A stretch of DNA of 51,204 bases from Candidatus Woesearchaeota archaeon (GCA_013330595.1 DUIB01000063.1:1-51204); one strand, 5' to 3'; counted from the first letter of the stretch, positions 29,314 to 39,825 are shown. A program made the numbers and translations. Notes: generated by a model not told the origin, from the letters alone.

Positions 29314-29596
29314 TAAGATATATCTAATTATAGTGTATTATTTTACAAAAGAGCATAAATTCTAGTCCAGTATTAACTCCGATGTTACTAAAGTAAGTTC
29401 CAAAGTTAGCCAATCCCTCCATACAAATTTATCGACTAGAACCACAACCTTTTAAGTTTTCATTCTAGAGATCTGACACTATTAAGCACAATGAAGTCAA
29501 AAAAATTTGGATATTAATGAATTTATATTTTAATATTCTGGAATAAAACTTGGACAGGACTATTACTACTTGTGTGATCCTGTGGCTTCGATTTTT

Positions 29597-29935
29597 CTAC
29601 CAAGACTGTGGTGCAGATAATAATGTATAAATCCAGTATATAATTAATGACAGTATTATGGTTGTTAATAACAATCCTAGCCACCAATTAAATATTTTTT
29701 TGTACATCTCATTTCTATCCTCAATATCATATGTAGTTCGGTGTGTTTCTTCAAGTTTGTTTGAGGCTAAATCGTGTAATGTCCAACATGCTAGCGATAT
29801 AAATAATATTATTAAACTATCAACCAAGAATATGGTTTTGTTATACCCTATTATTTTTCCTGTTATAGCTAGAAGAAATATAATGAATGATAAACCTGTT
29901 GTGGCAGTGTATGCTGTTTTATAGCTAACGTTCAT
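29597..29935 (-). CDS. Small membrane protein
   Basis: Three hydrophobic segments in 112 aa. Confidence 0.55.
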   Translation of the reverse strand: MNVSYKTAYTATTGLSFIIFLLAITGKIIGYNKTIFLVDSLIILFISLACWTLHDLASNKLEETHRTTYDIEDRNEMYKKIFNWWLGLLLTTIILSLIIYWIYTLLSAPQSW

Positions 29936-30054
29936 ATTGTGTATAGCAAGAGGTATTTTATAAAGGTATATTTTTTAGGTAGTCTTTTTATATTTCTTTT
30001 TGGTAATACGTTTTCCGAGTTTTCTATATTAATGCTGGTAACCTTTATTTTTTT

Positions 30055-30774
30055 ATGGAGTTGAATAAGATTGCTTGTATGGATTGTCTTGAGTATTTGG
30101 GGCAGATTCCTGACAATTTTGTCGACCTTGTGGTGACAGATCCCCCGTATAATGTTTCTCAAAAAAATAATTTAAAATTTGGAGGGAGAGTTATTATTAA
30201 GAATTTTGGTGATTGGGATTTTGGCTTTGATCCTGTGCCTGTTTTAGCCGAATTACGCCGAATTCTCAAACCAAATGGGCAAATATACGTCTTCTGCGGA
30301 ACCGAGCAAATTCCAATTTATATACGAGAATTTATAGAAAACTGGTTCTTCAGAAATCTACTTGTTTGGTATAAAACTAATCCTCCGCCAAGAATGAGCA
30401 AAACAAACTACCTTTTTGCAAACGAATATATAATCTACGCTATAAAAGAAAAGGGAAAGCCTTCTTTATCCACATTTAATTTTTCCTCCCAGTCAACAAT
30501 GCACAACACCTTCATATCGGGAGCACTACAAGGAAAAGAACGATTAAAGGGTAAAAATGGCATGGCAATACATCCAACACAAAAACCATTGGCTATTCTA
30601 AAAAAGTTAATTGAAGTATCAAGCAATCCTGGAGATATAATCCTTGATCCATTTATGGGAATAGGATCAACAGCAGTAGCATGCAAAGAACTAAAAAGAA
30701 AATTCATAGGATGCGAATTAAATCCTAAATATGTGGCATGGGCAAACAGCAGATTAAATACTAGAAATAATTAG
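30055..30774 (+). CDS. Site-specific DNA methyltransferase (N4C/N6A, beta class)
   Basis: VTDPPY precedes HPTQKP and LDPFMGIGST. Confidence 0.95.
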   Translation: MELNKIACMDCLEYLGQIPDNFVDLVVTDPPYNVSQKNNLKFGGRVIIKNFGDWDFGFDPVPVLAELRRILKPNGQIYVFCGTEQIPIYIREFIENWFFRNLLVWYKTNPPPRMSKTNYLFANEYIIYAIKEKGKPSLSTFNFSSQSTMHNTFISGALQGKERLKGKNGMAIHPTQKPLAILKKLIEVSSNPGDIILDPFMGIGSTAVACKELKRKFIGCELNPKYVAWANSRLNTRNN

Positions 30775-30863
30775 ATTTTCTTTATTCACCACTGGACATT
30801 TAAGCACAAGATTTATAAAATCTACAAATATTTACAAATAATCGTATTTGTGGGGTGTAAATC

Positions 30864-31010
30864 ATGGGCGATAGCAAAAGAAAAAATGTCACCATACACA
30901 TAGATTCTGACTTGTATGAACTATACTCAGATTATTGCAAAAAAGAAGGACTTGTTTTGTCAAGACAAATAGAAAAATTTATTGAAAAAGAATTGAAAAA
31001 AAATGAATAA
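30864..31010 (+). CDS. 48-aa ribbon-helix-helix protein (not in ORF track)
   Basis: MGDSKRKNVTIHIDSDLYELYSDYCKKEGLVLSRQIEKFIEKEL; GGGGTG SD; overlaps the next start. Confidence 0.7.
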   Translation: MGDSKRKNVTIHIDSDLYELYSDYCKKEGLVLSRQIEKFIEKELKKNE

Positions 31011-32610
31011 AACCGATCTGGTGAGAGCCCTGAATGGCATCTTAGAAACGGAAAAGATATCTGATTTAGACTTGTCTAATCTAAACGGTGAAAAAGATTT
31101 TTTGAGCGAAATTTATGAAAAATCACTAGATAAAACACAACGAAAAAAATTCGCTCAGTTCTTTACCCATAAAGAGTTAGTAACTTTTATTATAAAAAAT
31201 ATTCCTATGGAAAGAGATAGCTTTGTTCTTGATCCAGCTTGCGGTGCAGGTGCCTTTTTGATAGAAGCATACAACACAGGACATAACTTTGATAATATTT
31301 ATGGTGTCGATATCGATTCAACAGTTCTAGATCTTGCTGCTTTAAATCTAGAACACGCATGTGGTAAGAAATCCAATAACTTAACTCATGCAAACACATT
31401 AAAGGACTGTAATTTATCTCTATTTCCTAAAGTCTTGACGAATGGCGGTTTTGATGTGATTATTGGAAATCCGCCTTTTCAGAACCTTAAAAAAAATATT
31501 GATTATTTTGAAGACGAATCTATTTATGGGGATGTGCTCTCAGGAATTGCTAACTCAGCAGCTTTGATGATAGCCAAGGGTTACGAACTGCTAAAAGAGG
31601 GGGGATATTTAGGCTTCGTATTACCAAAAAATATTGTAAGAGTTGATTCTTTTTTATCTTTGAGAAAATTTCTCATTAATAATACTAGAATAACTCACAT
31701 ATTCGATTTGGATCATTATTTCAAAGATGTGAGATGTGATCAAATTATAATTATATTTCAAAAAATGAAAATGAGTAAAGAGGAATTAAGCAATAATAAA
31801 ATAGAAATACTCATCCATAAAAAGAAGGGCGATTTTGATAAACCGTATAAATATTATATGTCACAAGATAAATTTTTAGACTATAAATTCTTTCCAATTT
31901 TTTATCACGAATCTATTTTTCCGTTAGCTCAAAAATTCTTAGATTATAAAGAAACAGTAGAATCTACTTCGGACGATATTTTCAGGGGTTTAGGGGTATC
32001 ATCCAGTGAGACTCAAAAACAGCGTACAGAAAAGTCATTTGTGGTTTATAGAGGTGATTGTATACAACGATTTGGTATTAAGTATGAATTGTACTTACCA
32101 ATGGACAATTTGAAAGATAATCAGCTAACACGATTAGACAGGCTAAACAGAGATAAGATAATATTACAGAATTTGTGCTCAAAGGAAGGCGGAATATTTG
32201 CTACCTTAGCAAAGAAAGACGAATTGACACTAGACACAGTCACTAATATTACTTCATCAACCGTTGATAATAGATATTTATTGGCAGTTCTAAATTCTAG
32301 AATTACAAATTTTTTCATGATTTTTGTAACATTTCTAAATTCTAATTTTACAATGCACACCGACAGGGAATATATAGGAAAAATCCCTATTGTTGTACCA
32401 GAATTAGACAAACAAAAAGCGGTAATTAAGATAGTCAATAATTTGCTTAGTTTAGAAGATAAATACTCCGCACAGTTTTTTTTAGAATATGAAGAATTAA
32501 ATACTCTATTGTATGATATTTATAAATTATCTGAATCAGAAAGAAATATAATAAATAACCTTCTTAAAGAAGTGATGAGTGGGAGGCAAAATGGCAGAAA
32601 AAATGAATAA
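31003..32610 (+). CDS. N6-adenine DNA methyltransferase (gamma class, TaqI-like C-terminal TRD)
   Basis: QFFT, LDPACGAGAF, IIGNPPF, YLLAVLNS...IGKIPI. Confidence 0.92.
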   Translation: MNKTDLVRALNGILETEKISDLDLSNLNGEKDFLSEIYEKSLDKTQRKKFAQFFTHKELVTFIIKNIPMERDSFVLDPACGAGAFLIEAYNTGHNFDNIYGVDIDSTVLDLAALNLEHACGKKSNNLTHANTLKDCNLSLFPKVLTNGGFDVIIGNPPFQNLKKNIDYFEDESIYGDVLSGIANSAALMIAKGYELLKEGGYLGFVLPKNIVRVDSFLSLRKFLINNTRITHIFDLDHYFKDVRCDQIIIIFQKMKMSKEELSNNKIEILIHKKKGDFDKPYKYYMSQDKFLDYKFFPIFYHESIFPLAQKFLDYKETVESTSDDIFRGLGVSSSETQKQRTEKSFVVYRGDCIQRFGIKYELYLPMDNLKDNQLTRLDRLNRDKIILQNLCSKEGGIFATLAKKDELTLDTVTNITSSTVDNRYLLAVLNSRITNFFMIFVTFLNSNFTMHTDREYIGKIPIVVPELDKQKAVIKIVNNLLSLEDKYSAQFFLEYEELNTLLYDIYKLSESERNIINNLLKEVMSGRQNGRKNE

Positions 32611-32662
32611 TCTTACGGGAAAGGAGTGGCTTCAATTTTCGTTTACTATATGGCGAGATTGA
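32591..32662 (+). pseudogene. Truncated N-terminus of a probable third DNA methyltransferase
   Basis: GGGAGG SD then MAEKMNNLTGKEWLQFSFTIWRD and a stop; resembles the NxLxGKEW N-terminus of some amino-MTases. Confidence 0.5.
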
Positions 32663-32739
32663 AGAAAAAAGGAATGAGGAGTTATCTTGCTCATAGAAAT
32701 AATAAATAACAATTGAATATATTTTTGGAGGAATAGGAA

Positions 32740-33207
32740 ATGTCAAAGATATTGGATTCAATATGTGTCTATGCTGAAAAGAATGCTCACAAATTAGGGT
32801 TGTATTCAATAACAGCATTAGTTGTAGGGTTAGGCATGTTTGTAGGTGGCGAAATAGCATATAACAATATCCGTTACCCTAAAACAGAATATTCTGAAAA
32901 GATGAAAGAACTTAATGATTCAATCAAATATAATTTGCCAAGTCTTGAAGAAGTCTTAAGAAATGATTCATTGCTATTGTATTATACTAATACCATTAAA
33001 GAACTTGACAGTCTTAAATATTTAGATAGGGTTGAGCATGATAAACTGACAGATGGTTATCAAAATTCATTGGAATACATATTTTCAGACTATGCTTCAA
33101 GTATCGGAATATCTATAGTATTACTTGATGTTCTTTTTAATATCGGCATGATAGCTTTAGGCCCATATAACATGCGTCGAAAGAATGAATCTAAACAAAA
33201 TAACTGA
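32740..33207 (+). CDS. Hypothetical membrane protein
   Basis: Two TM segments; GGAGG upstream. Confidence 0.65.
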   Translation: MSKILDSICVYAEKNAHKLGLYSITALVVGLGMFVGGEIAYNNIRYPKTEYSEKMKELNDSIKYNLPSLEEVLRNDSLLLYYTNTIKELDSLKYLDRVEHDKLTDGYQNSLEYIFSDYASSIGISIVLLDVLFNIGMIALGPYNMRRKNESKQNN

Positions 33208-33532
33208 ACCTTTTCTCATAGTTCTTGTGATCTAGATATTCGATGATTACCGCAATAATTGTTATCTTATTTAGAGACTGTATACTGTAGAGAAGCCTCC
33301 AACCGTTTGGAAGGTTGTATTTCCAGAGATTGTTGATCTTATAGTTCTTTGAATATGCTTTTGGTATAAGTTTTTTAGGTATTTGTATGCCACAATACAC
33401 ATTAGATTTAATGTTCACCAATGCTTTTTCTATATTATTGCCTAATTCCCTTTCTTCATATCTCCCTCTAAAGAGCTTGTTATATCTCAGCTTCGCCTTT
33501 TCATCCCTGAATTTGATTTCCTTGGCTTCCAT
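33191..33532 (-). CDS. RelE-like toxin (probable start 33532)
   Basis: Basic ~113 aa; NNLWKYNLPNGWRLLYSI...LDHKNYEKRF. Confidence 0.7.
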   Translation of the reverse strand: MEAKEIKFRDEKAKLRYNKLFRGRYEERELGNNIEKALVNIKSNVYCGIQIPKKLIPKAYSKNYKINNLWKYNLPNGWRLLYSIQSLNKITIIAVIIEYLDHKNYEKRFSYFV

Positions 33533-33810
33533 GATAAATCCTTCCTTCTTAAGTAATATCTTGCTAACTCTGGATTGTATATCCATCCTATTACTCCTTT
33601 CCTATCTACAGCTATCATGTTCTCATGTAGGAGATAGTCTATTGTCAGGCAATATGTCTGCCACATGACTTTTCTTGGTAGTTTTAGCCATAGTTGTCTT
33701 CTATTAAATTCACCGGAAAATTTCCTTATGGTGCCCTTTACCATGATGTAAGTTTCTAATGTAGGCATTCTTGCATAATTTATTTTATTAATAAATGGTT
33801 TAGCGCTCAT
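33487..33810 (-). CDS. Putative winged-helix antitoxin (probable start 33810)
   Basis: Overlaps the toxin start; PTLET...QLWLKLPRKVMWQT...IDYL; palindrome tatatcaattgatata (33821-33836) upstream. Confidence 0.6.
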   Translation of the reverse strand: MSAKPFINKINYARMPTLETYIMVKGTIRKFSGEFNRRQLWLKLPRKVMWQTYCLTIDYLLHENMIAVDRKGVIGWIYNPELARYYLRRKDLSWKPRKSNSGMKRRS

Positions 33811-33950
33811 ACTTATATTGTATATCAATTGATATATAAAGTTTTTGGCTTTGGAGATAAACATACAGGAAGTAAATATGCTTTTCTTTATATGCGTTTC
33901 TCAAGAAAAATCGTAAATTTTTCGAAGGATCCGAAAAAAAATGTCAAGAA

Positions 33951-34147
33951 CCACCGGTCAAATGCACAAAATCACAGATTTTGGCACGCTGAAAATGTCT
34001 TCATTTTCATCGGACCGGTGGCATGATTGCTAGCAATCATGCTTGTTCTTGATCACGATCAGAAATACCAGTCCATGTATATCAGAAGGATAAGCATGGC
34101 TTTTCCACTCATCATAGATGAGTGGTATTTCTGACGTATAAAAAATT
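33951..34147. repeat. 135-bp structured repeat copy 2 (34013-34147) plus an extra Y-shaped module (33951-34021)
   Basis: Inverted copy of 15-149; ccaccggtc/gaccggtgg closes hairpins caaaatc/gattttg and tgaaaatg/cattttca. Confidence 0.92.
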
Positions 34148-34977
34148 TACAACAGCGGATTCTGTCCTCCGTATAATGCTGAGAACTTTCCGTTCTTGAA
34201 TTCAAGACTAAAAACATCTGTATTTACTGATGTTGATCTCATCTTCACAATACTTATCTCTCTAACAACTGCTCTCCTGAATTGTGATAATCTTATGTAG
34301 ATTATTCCGTCAGAGAGATAATCCTCAACTCCGTATTCAGAATATTTGCTTCCATCTAATGGCATTTCAGAAACAAGATACGAAGTAATATTCAGATCTC
34401 TTAAGAATTCAAAGATAAAGAATAATTCAATCCTCGGATTCTCGAATTTTCCTAGAACGTATAATGCTGACAATGAATCTAAAACAAACATATCGAGTCC
34501 TAGATCTGATTTTATCTTCTTCACAAGATTCTTGATAACATTCACCCATCCTGCATTGGCTGTTGTGTTTATCTTTGTATCCTTAATCTCTTTTCTTATG
34601 CAGCCTAAATCTCCAAATATTATTGTGCCTTTTTTCGATTCTTTAAGTTGTGATAACTGAGAGTTTATATTAGATAAATCATTTATCAAAAGAATGTTGA
34701 TCTTGCTTAAGTCATAGCCCATATTTATTATGTGATTGAGCAAGCTTACATATGATTGCTCTAATGATATGTATAACGCGATTTTTCCTTTATTGACACA
34801 TTCATTGTATACCGAGTTAAAGCATACTGAAGATTTCATTGTTCCTGCAGTTCCGCATATTAATACTACATAACTCTCCGGGATACCTCCTTCTATATTT
34901 TCATCTAATCCCTGAATATGCAAAGGAACTCTTTTAAGTTCATTTCTTTTTGTAATAATCTTCTCCATTTTATTCAC
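34147..34977 (-). CDS. KaiC/RAD55-like RecA-superfamily ATPase (single domain)
   Basis: GLDENIEGGIP, GTAGTMKS Walker A, SLEQ, VLDSL, YLSDGII, IVKMR. Confidence 0.9.
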   Translation of the reverse strand: MNKMEKIITKRNELKRVPLHIQGLDENIEGGIPESYVVLICGTAGTMKSSVCFNSVYNECVNKGKIALYISLEQSYVSLLNHIINMGYDLSKINILLINDLSNINSQLSQLKESKKGTIIFGDLGCIRKEIKDTKINTTANAGWVNVIKNLVKKIKSDLGLDMFVLDSLSALYVLGKFENPRIELFFIFEFLRDLNITSYLVSEMPLDGSKYSEYGVEDYLSDGIIYIRLSQFRRAVVREISIVKMRSTSVNTDVFSLEFKNGKFSALYGGQNPLL

Positions 34978-36232
34978 CTTTTTTATGCACCAGATTATTA
35001 ACCCTTCCAGAGTCTGTATTAACTATGATGCTTTTGTTTTCTTCAACAACAGCACATCCAACAATCACACCTTCTGTCTGGTATTGCCAGATCTTTTTCC
35101 CCAGAGTCTTGCCAGGTTGTTTTGTTATAGCATCCCCTGATTGGCCTGTCTGGGAGACAATTCCTGATATGCCTGGAACATAATCAAGCATATAGCTTCC
35201 CTCTGAATCAAGTATATAGATATTACGATCATAGCTTCCTGCAATGATCTCCTGTTTTCCATCATTATCGATATCAGCAATTATTGGACTTGCAACAACC
35301 CAAAAATCTGTCTCATAACTCCATAGCTTCTTTCCTGAAAAATCCAATGCATAAATATTATTATCGCACGATCCAAATATTATCTCTTTTTTGCCATCAT
35401 TATTAATATCTGCTATTGAAACCTTTGAGCAGATAGCTCCATCTGTCTCGTATTTCCATAATTCCTCTCCTTTTTCATTCAAGCAATAAAGATTTCCATC
35501 TGAGGATCCGATAAGAATGACAGGATTATTGCCAGAAATTAGGGATTCTGCTATAGGCTGTGCAAGTATCTTGCCTTTTGTCTGGAACTTCCACATAACA
35601 TTGCCTTTTATTGACAATGCATATATCATTCCTGAATTTGTTCCAAAAACAATCAATGGCTCTTTAAAATTGAGAAATGCTGGGCAGCTCTCTATTCCAG
35701 AATCAGCTTCGAACTGCCAAAAGACCTTGCCTTTTGAGTTCAAGAAATAGAGGTTTTTGTCAGATGATCCGAAAAATATGCCTGATTCCTTATTATTGAA
35801 TCTTTGAATTACAGGAGAACCTCTTATTGGGCCATTAGCTTGGAATGTCCAGAGCATTTTTCCATTATTCTGCAATACATATAATTTTCCTGCCTCTGTC
35901 CCGAATACAATCTCTTTTTTATTATCCCAATTCAGATCTGATATGTTTGGAGTGCTATGAATGCTGTCTGAGGTGTCAGCATCTAAAAACATCAGTTCAA
36001 CTTCACTATGGCTCTCTTGTGCAGAAAAGACCCATTTCATGTTTCCATTAATATCAATGCTTACTAGCTTGCCATCCTTTGTACCAAAGACTATCTCTTT
36101 ATTGCCATCATCATCAATATCCTCGACAATAGGGCTTGACAAAAGCAATGATCCAGAATCATACTTCCAATTTTCCTCTATTCTGCCTGATTTCCTGCCA
36201 AGCATGTTCTTAAAAGCAAAAGTTATATTCAT
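34970..36232 (-). CDS. PQQ-like/FG-GAP repeat beta-propeller protein
   Basis: Repeated DIDxDGxxEIxxGS and G..LWxYET motifs; no signal peptide seen. Confidence 0.88.
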   Translation of the reverse strand: MNITFAFKNMLGRKSGRIEENWKYDSGSLLLSSPIVEDIDDDGNKEIVFGTKDGKLVSIDINGNMKWVFSAQESHSEVELMFLDADTSDSIHSTPNISDLNWDNKKEIVFGTEAGKLYVLQNNGKMLWTFQANGPIRGSPVIQRFNNKESGIFFGSSDKNLYFLNSKGKVFWQFEADSGIESCPAFLNFKEPLIVFGTNSGMIYALSIKGNVMWKFQTKGKILAQPIAESLISGNNPVILIGSSDGNLYCLNEKGEELWKYETDGAICSKVSIADINNDGKKEIIFGSCDNNIYALDFSGKKLWSYETDFWVVASPIIADIDNDGKQEIIAGSYDRNIYILDSEGSYMLDYVPGISGIVSQTGQSGDAITKQPGKTLGKKIWQYQTEGVIVGCAVVEENKSIIVNTDSGRVNNLVHKKGE

Positions 36233-36324
36233 GATAAAAAACCTGATTGCGTTATATTTAAATCTTTTGAAATATGCAAAGTATTTAACACGAGAAAAGC
36301 AACTATTCTTGAATGATAACGAAT

Positions 36325-36469
36325 ATTATTAGTAAGCGACCTTAGCCCAGTTCTATGTTAGCATCTCGGAAATGAGAATTAATTCTCATTATCCGCTCGA
36401 TATATGCGATAAATCGCATATTCGAAGATGCTAACATAGTAGTACGTATTTTAGATCGCTTACTATAAT
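36325..36469. other. T/Y-shaped nested palindrome element
   Basis: tagtaagcga/tcgcttacta; ctatgttagcatct/agatgctaacatag; arms aatgagaattaattctcatt and atatgcgat-aa-atcgcatat. Confidence 0.85.
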
Positions 36470-36525
36470 TTGGCTTTATTCATCATACAAAAATTTAAAT
36501 ACAAGTATTATACTTTACTGTTAAC

Positions 36526-37956
36526 ATGGGGCTTATCGATGAAATAAAGAGGGAGCTTGCTATTAGCCATTCTATTAATGAGATCAAAAGCAATCTTGTC
36601 AAAAGAGGCTTTTTGCAGGAAGATGTAGAGAAAGCACTTTATCAAATGCTTAATATAAAAAGTGGTGTAAGATCAAAGAATGAGAATATATTGAGTATTA
36701 AGGAGCTCACTGACAGGATAGGATATGGATCTGCAAGCCAACAATTTGTCAATATTTTATTCATGCTTTCAGGGGCATCATTCTTTTTCATAGGATTATT
36801 TAATGGCATTAAGACTGTGTTAGTGACATTGCTTTCAGGTTTTCTTGAAGAATATTCAAAGGTCAAGCAAGTCAGTAAAAATCTTATTAGTACATCTGGG
36901 ATTGTTTATGGATTCAGCTTCTTAGGAATGAGTATTGCTACTGTATTAAAGAGTCCAGGTTTCTTTGCTTTTTCTTTGATAGTAGGAACATTGGGAATTA
37001 TAGCACATGGCGATTTATATCTTAATTACTCTAAATCATTGCTTAAGCCTGACAGAAAAACATTCCTTAAATTCATATCCTATTTCGGAATACTAATCAC
37101 ATCAGCAGTTCTATTGATTTCTGGTTTTATTATGCAGTCAATTCCGATTTATGGATTGAATATAATTTTTGCAGGCATGACCTTTAAGATATTCGGGCAT
37201 ATTTTAATATTTGAAATAACAGCAATAATGTTTATCATTTCTGGATATTTACTCTCATTTGTCCAGGATCAGTCTGAGAAGATCGCTTTTTCCTACTCTA
37301 CTTTTTCAAACATATTCAAAGGCTATTTGTCTGAGAATATCGGATCCTACAGGATTTTTGCAAAAAATAACAAAGTTTACCTGCTCACTATAGCCACAAT
37401 ACTTACTACTATTGTTCAGATTCTTGGCAATTCTTATTACGGAATATATATTTATAATGAATACAAGAATCAATTTCTTGGCGGTTTTATGAATGTTGCA
37501 CTAATTTTCGTAATAGCATTGATTGCATCACTTGTTGGCTCTATTATGACAAAGAAATTTGCCAAGTTTTTAGGTGAGGCTCCAATGCTTGTTTTCGGTA
37601 CATTGCTTATTGCATTAATGCCGATAACATTGTATTTTAACCATAATCTTTATTCTATAGGACTTGGTGCAGCATTGTCTATCGTAGGAAGCACTATTGT
37701 TGGTGTTGCCCAGGGATTATTAGGAGAAAAATTAATGAATGAAAATGAGTTAAAAAGGTATTATTCAAGCCTGGGATTTGTGAGCATTATTCCTATATTG
37801 CTTCTAGTTACATTAGGCGCCTTAATAACTCAATTATTTAATCTTGAATTCTTGTTTTTAGTATTAGGAATAACATTGGCTTTGGTTGTTATGCCATTGT
37901 ATTTTCTGATTGTTGTGATAGTAGATTCTGAATATAGAAAGGAAAGAAGGGTTTAA
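36526..37956 (+). CDS. MFS-like transporter
   Basis: About 12 TM segments in two halves after a short soluble N-terminus. Confidence 0.8.
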   Translation: MGLIDEIKRELAISHSINEIKSNLVKRGFLQEDVEKALYQMLNIKSGVRSKNENILSIKELTDRIGYGSASQQFVNILFMLSGASFFFIGLFNGIKTVLVTLLSGFLEEYSKVKQVSKNLISTSGIVYGFSFLGMSIATVLKSPGFFAFSLIVGTLGIIAHGDLYLNYSKSLLKPDRKTFLKFISYFGILITSAVLLISGFIMQSIPIYGLNIIFAGMTFKIFGHILIFEITAIMFIISGYLLSFVQDQSEKIAFSYSTFSNIFKGYLSENIGSYRIFAKNNKVYLLTIATILTTIVQILGNSYYGIYIYNEYKNQFLGGFMNVALIFVIALIASLVGSIMTKKFAKFLGEAPMLVFGTLLIALMPITLYFNHNLYSIGLGAALSIVGSTIVGVAQGLLGEKLMNENELKRYYSSLGFVSIIPILLLVTLGALITQLFNLEFLFLVLGITLALVVMPLYFLIVVIVDSEYRKERRV

Positions 37957-38237
37957 TTGTAATAATTTATGTTTTTAAGTTTGTTGATTATTTCTTTTAA
38001 AGGCTTTAGGTCTGCAATTTTAAATTGTTCCTTTAAATTTTCTTTAATCTTCTGGAATTTATCTCTAAACCAGTGCTCATCAACCTTAAAATTGTGAAAT
38101 AGATAATCCTGATATTGATCGATGAACATATGATATATGCGTGGAGTGTAGTGCTCAAAGAGGTCACGTTTTTTTATGGTCTTTAATCTTTCATATTGGT
38201 CTGTTATGTTAATTACTAGATACTCTAATGGATTCAT
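37953..38237 (-). CDS. Hypothetical protein
   Basis: 94-aa ORF in a gap, divergent from herA. Confidence 0.5.
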   Translation of the reverse strand: MNPLEYLVINITDQYERLKTIKKRDLFEHYTPRIYHMFIDQYQDYLFHNFKVDEHWFRDKFQKIKENLKEQFKIADLKPLKEIINKLKNINYYN

Positions 38238-38307
38238 AATGTCGAAAGAGCGGGTATGAATATAAATATTTCTATAAATTTATAAATATTCAGAGAATCT
38301 CCTTATC

Positions 38308-39825
38308 ATGTACATAGCCCAGATTATCTCAGGAAAGTTCGGAGAGATCATTGCAAGACAGAAGTCTGATGCAGACATTGAGTTAGGCCAGATACTTGTT
38401 GCAGAGGATTCTGGGATAAAGTTTTTTCTTCAGGTTTATGATATTCAGTATGGATCGCAAATAAGTAAACAGAATCTTGAGCTCATATCTGGCATGAGTT
38501 TAGAGGAGAATGCTGATTTGGAATTCATGGATAAGAATCTTAGGAATTATAAGATTGCATTGCTTAAGCCTCTGATGATTTTATCTAGCTCTGGATCAAA
38601 GCTTTCAAAGTCTATGCCTTCAATGTTTTCTTTGCTTAGGGACTTAAATGATAAGGATATGGATTTTCTTTCTAAACCTAAAAATTCCCTGTTTCTTGGA
38701 AATCTTAGAAGTGGGAGCAGGATGCTTGATGCAAAAATTTATCTTGATGCAGATAATGTACTTACACATCATATATTGATTACAGGGACAACAGGTAAAG
38801 GAAAATCAGTCTTGATGAGCAATATTCTATGGGATTTATCCGGAAAAGCAGGCATGCTTGTGCTTGATCCCCATGATGAGTATTATGGAAGGAATATCAT
38901 AGGATTAAAGGATCACCCAAGTGGAAAAACAGTCTACTATACATCAAGAAATCCTCCTAAAGGAGCTATCTCATTGAAGATCAATCTTAGTGTCTTAAGG
39001 CCTGTGCATTTTGGTTGTCTGGACTTCTCTGATGCTCAAGAGCAGGCAATGAATGCTTATTACAAGGAATATGGCAATAAATGGATTGAGGCAGTTATTC
39101 TTGAAAAGCCTGTTAAAGTGAATTTTATTGATGCAACAATCAATGTTTTGAAAAGAAGATTGATGTATCTTCTTGACCTAGATTTTTCTGACTCACAACT
39201 TTTCTGTAATGGGGTGTTTGATATCGCATCAGGATTATCAACTGTTAAAAGCATATGTGAAGATCTTGAAAATTCTAAGACAGTAATTATTGATACTAGC
39301 AATTTCTCTGGTCAGATAGAATTGCTTATAGGATCATTGATTGCAACTGAAGTATTTAATAAGCATAAACATTACAAGATGCAAGGCTTGTTGAATGAAA
39401 AACCAGTGATTAGCATTGTGCTTGAAGAAGCTCCAAGAGTTCTTGGCAAGGAAGTTCTTGAGAAAGGTTCAAATATTTTCTCATCAATTGCCCGTGAAGG
39501 TCGTAAGTTTAGAACAGGATTGATTGCAATAACACAGCTTCCTTCATTGATTCCTAGAGAGATTCTTGCTAATATGAATACAAAAATTATTCTTGGTACT
39601 GAGATGATGAATGAAAGACAGGCAATAATAGAGAGTGCATCACAAGATTTGAGTTCAGATTCAAGAAATATTGCTGCTCTTGACAAAGGAGAATGCATTG
39701 TTTCTAGCAATTTCGCTAAATTCGCAATTCCAGTAAAGATCCCATTGTTTAAAGATTATGTTAAAGATGTGAAAAAAGATTCATCGCCTAAGGATTTTTC
39801 CGGAGTAGGGATTATTGAAGAATAA
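38308..39825 (+). CDS. herA: HerA helicase/translocase
   Basis: N-terminal HAS-barrel-like region, [38 protein letters not shown]. Confidence 0.93.
   Translation: MYIAQIISGKFGEIIARQKSDADIELGQILVAEDSGIKFFLQVYDIQYGSQISKQNLELISGMSLEENADLEFMDKNLRNYKIALLKPLMILSSSGSKLSKSMPSMFSLLRDLNDKDMDFLSKPKNSLFLGNLRSGSRMLDAKIYLDADNVLTHHILITGTTGKGKSVLMSNILWDLSGKAGMLVLDPHDEYYGRNIIGLKDHPSGKTVYYTSRNPPKGAISLKINLSVLRPVHFGCLDFSDAQEQAMNAYYKEYGNKWIEAVILEKPVKVNFIDATINVLKRRLMYLLDLDFSDSQLFCNGVFDIASGLSTVKSICEDLENSKTVIIDTSNFSGQIELLIGSLIATEVFNKHKHYKMQGLLNEKPVISIVLEEAPRVLGKEVLEKGSNIFSSIAREGRKFRTGLIAITQLPSLIPREILANMNTKIILGTEMMNERQAIIESASQDLSSDSRNIAALDKGECIVSSNFAKFAIPVKIPLFKDYVKDVKKDSSPKDFSGVGIIEE

Noticed and set aside
15-34147. 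135-bp inverted copies as termini of one 34-kb transposon
   Set aside because: The interval holds core genes (pcn, rnj, tRNA) and no DDE transposase or integrase; dispersed repeats are more parsimonious
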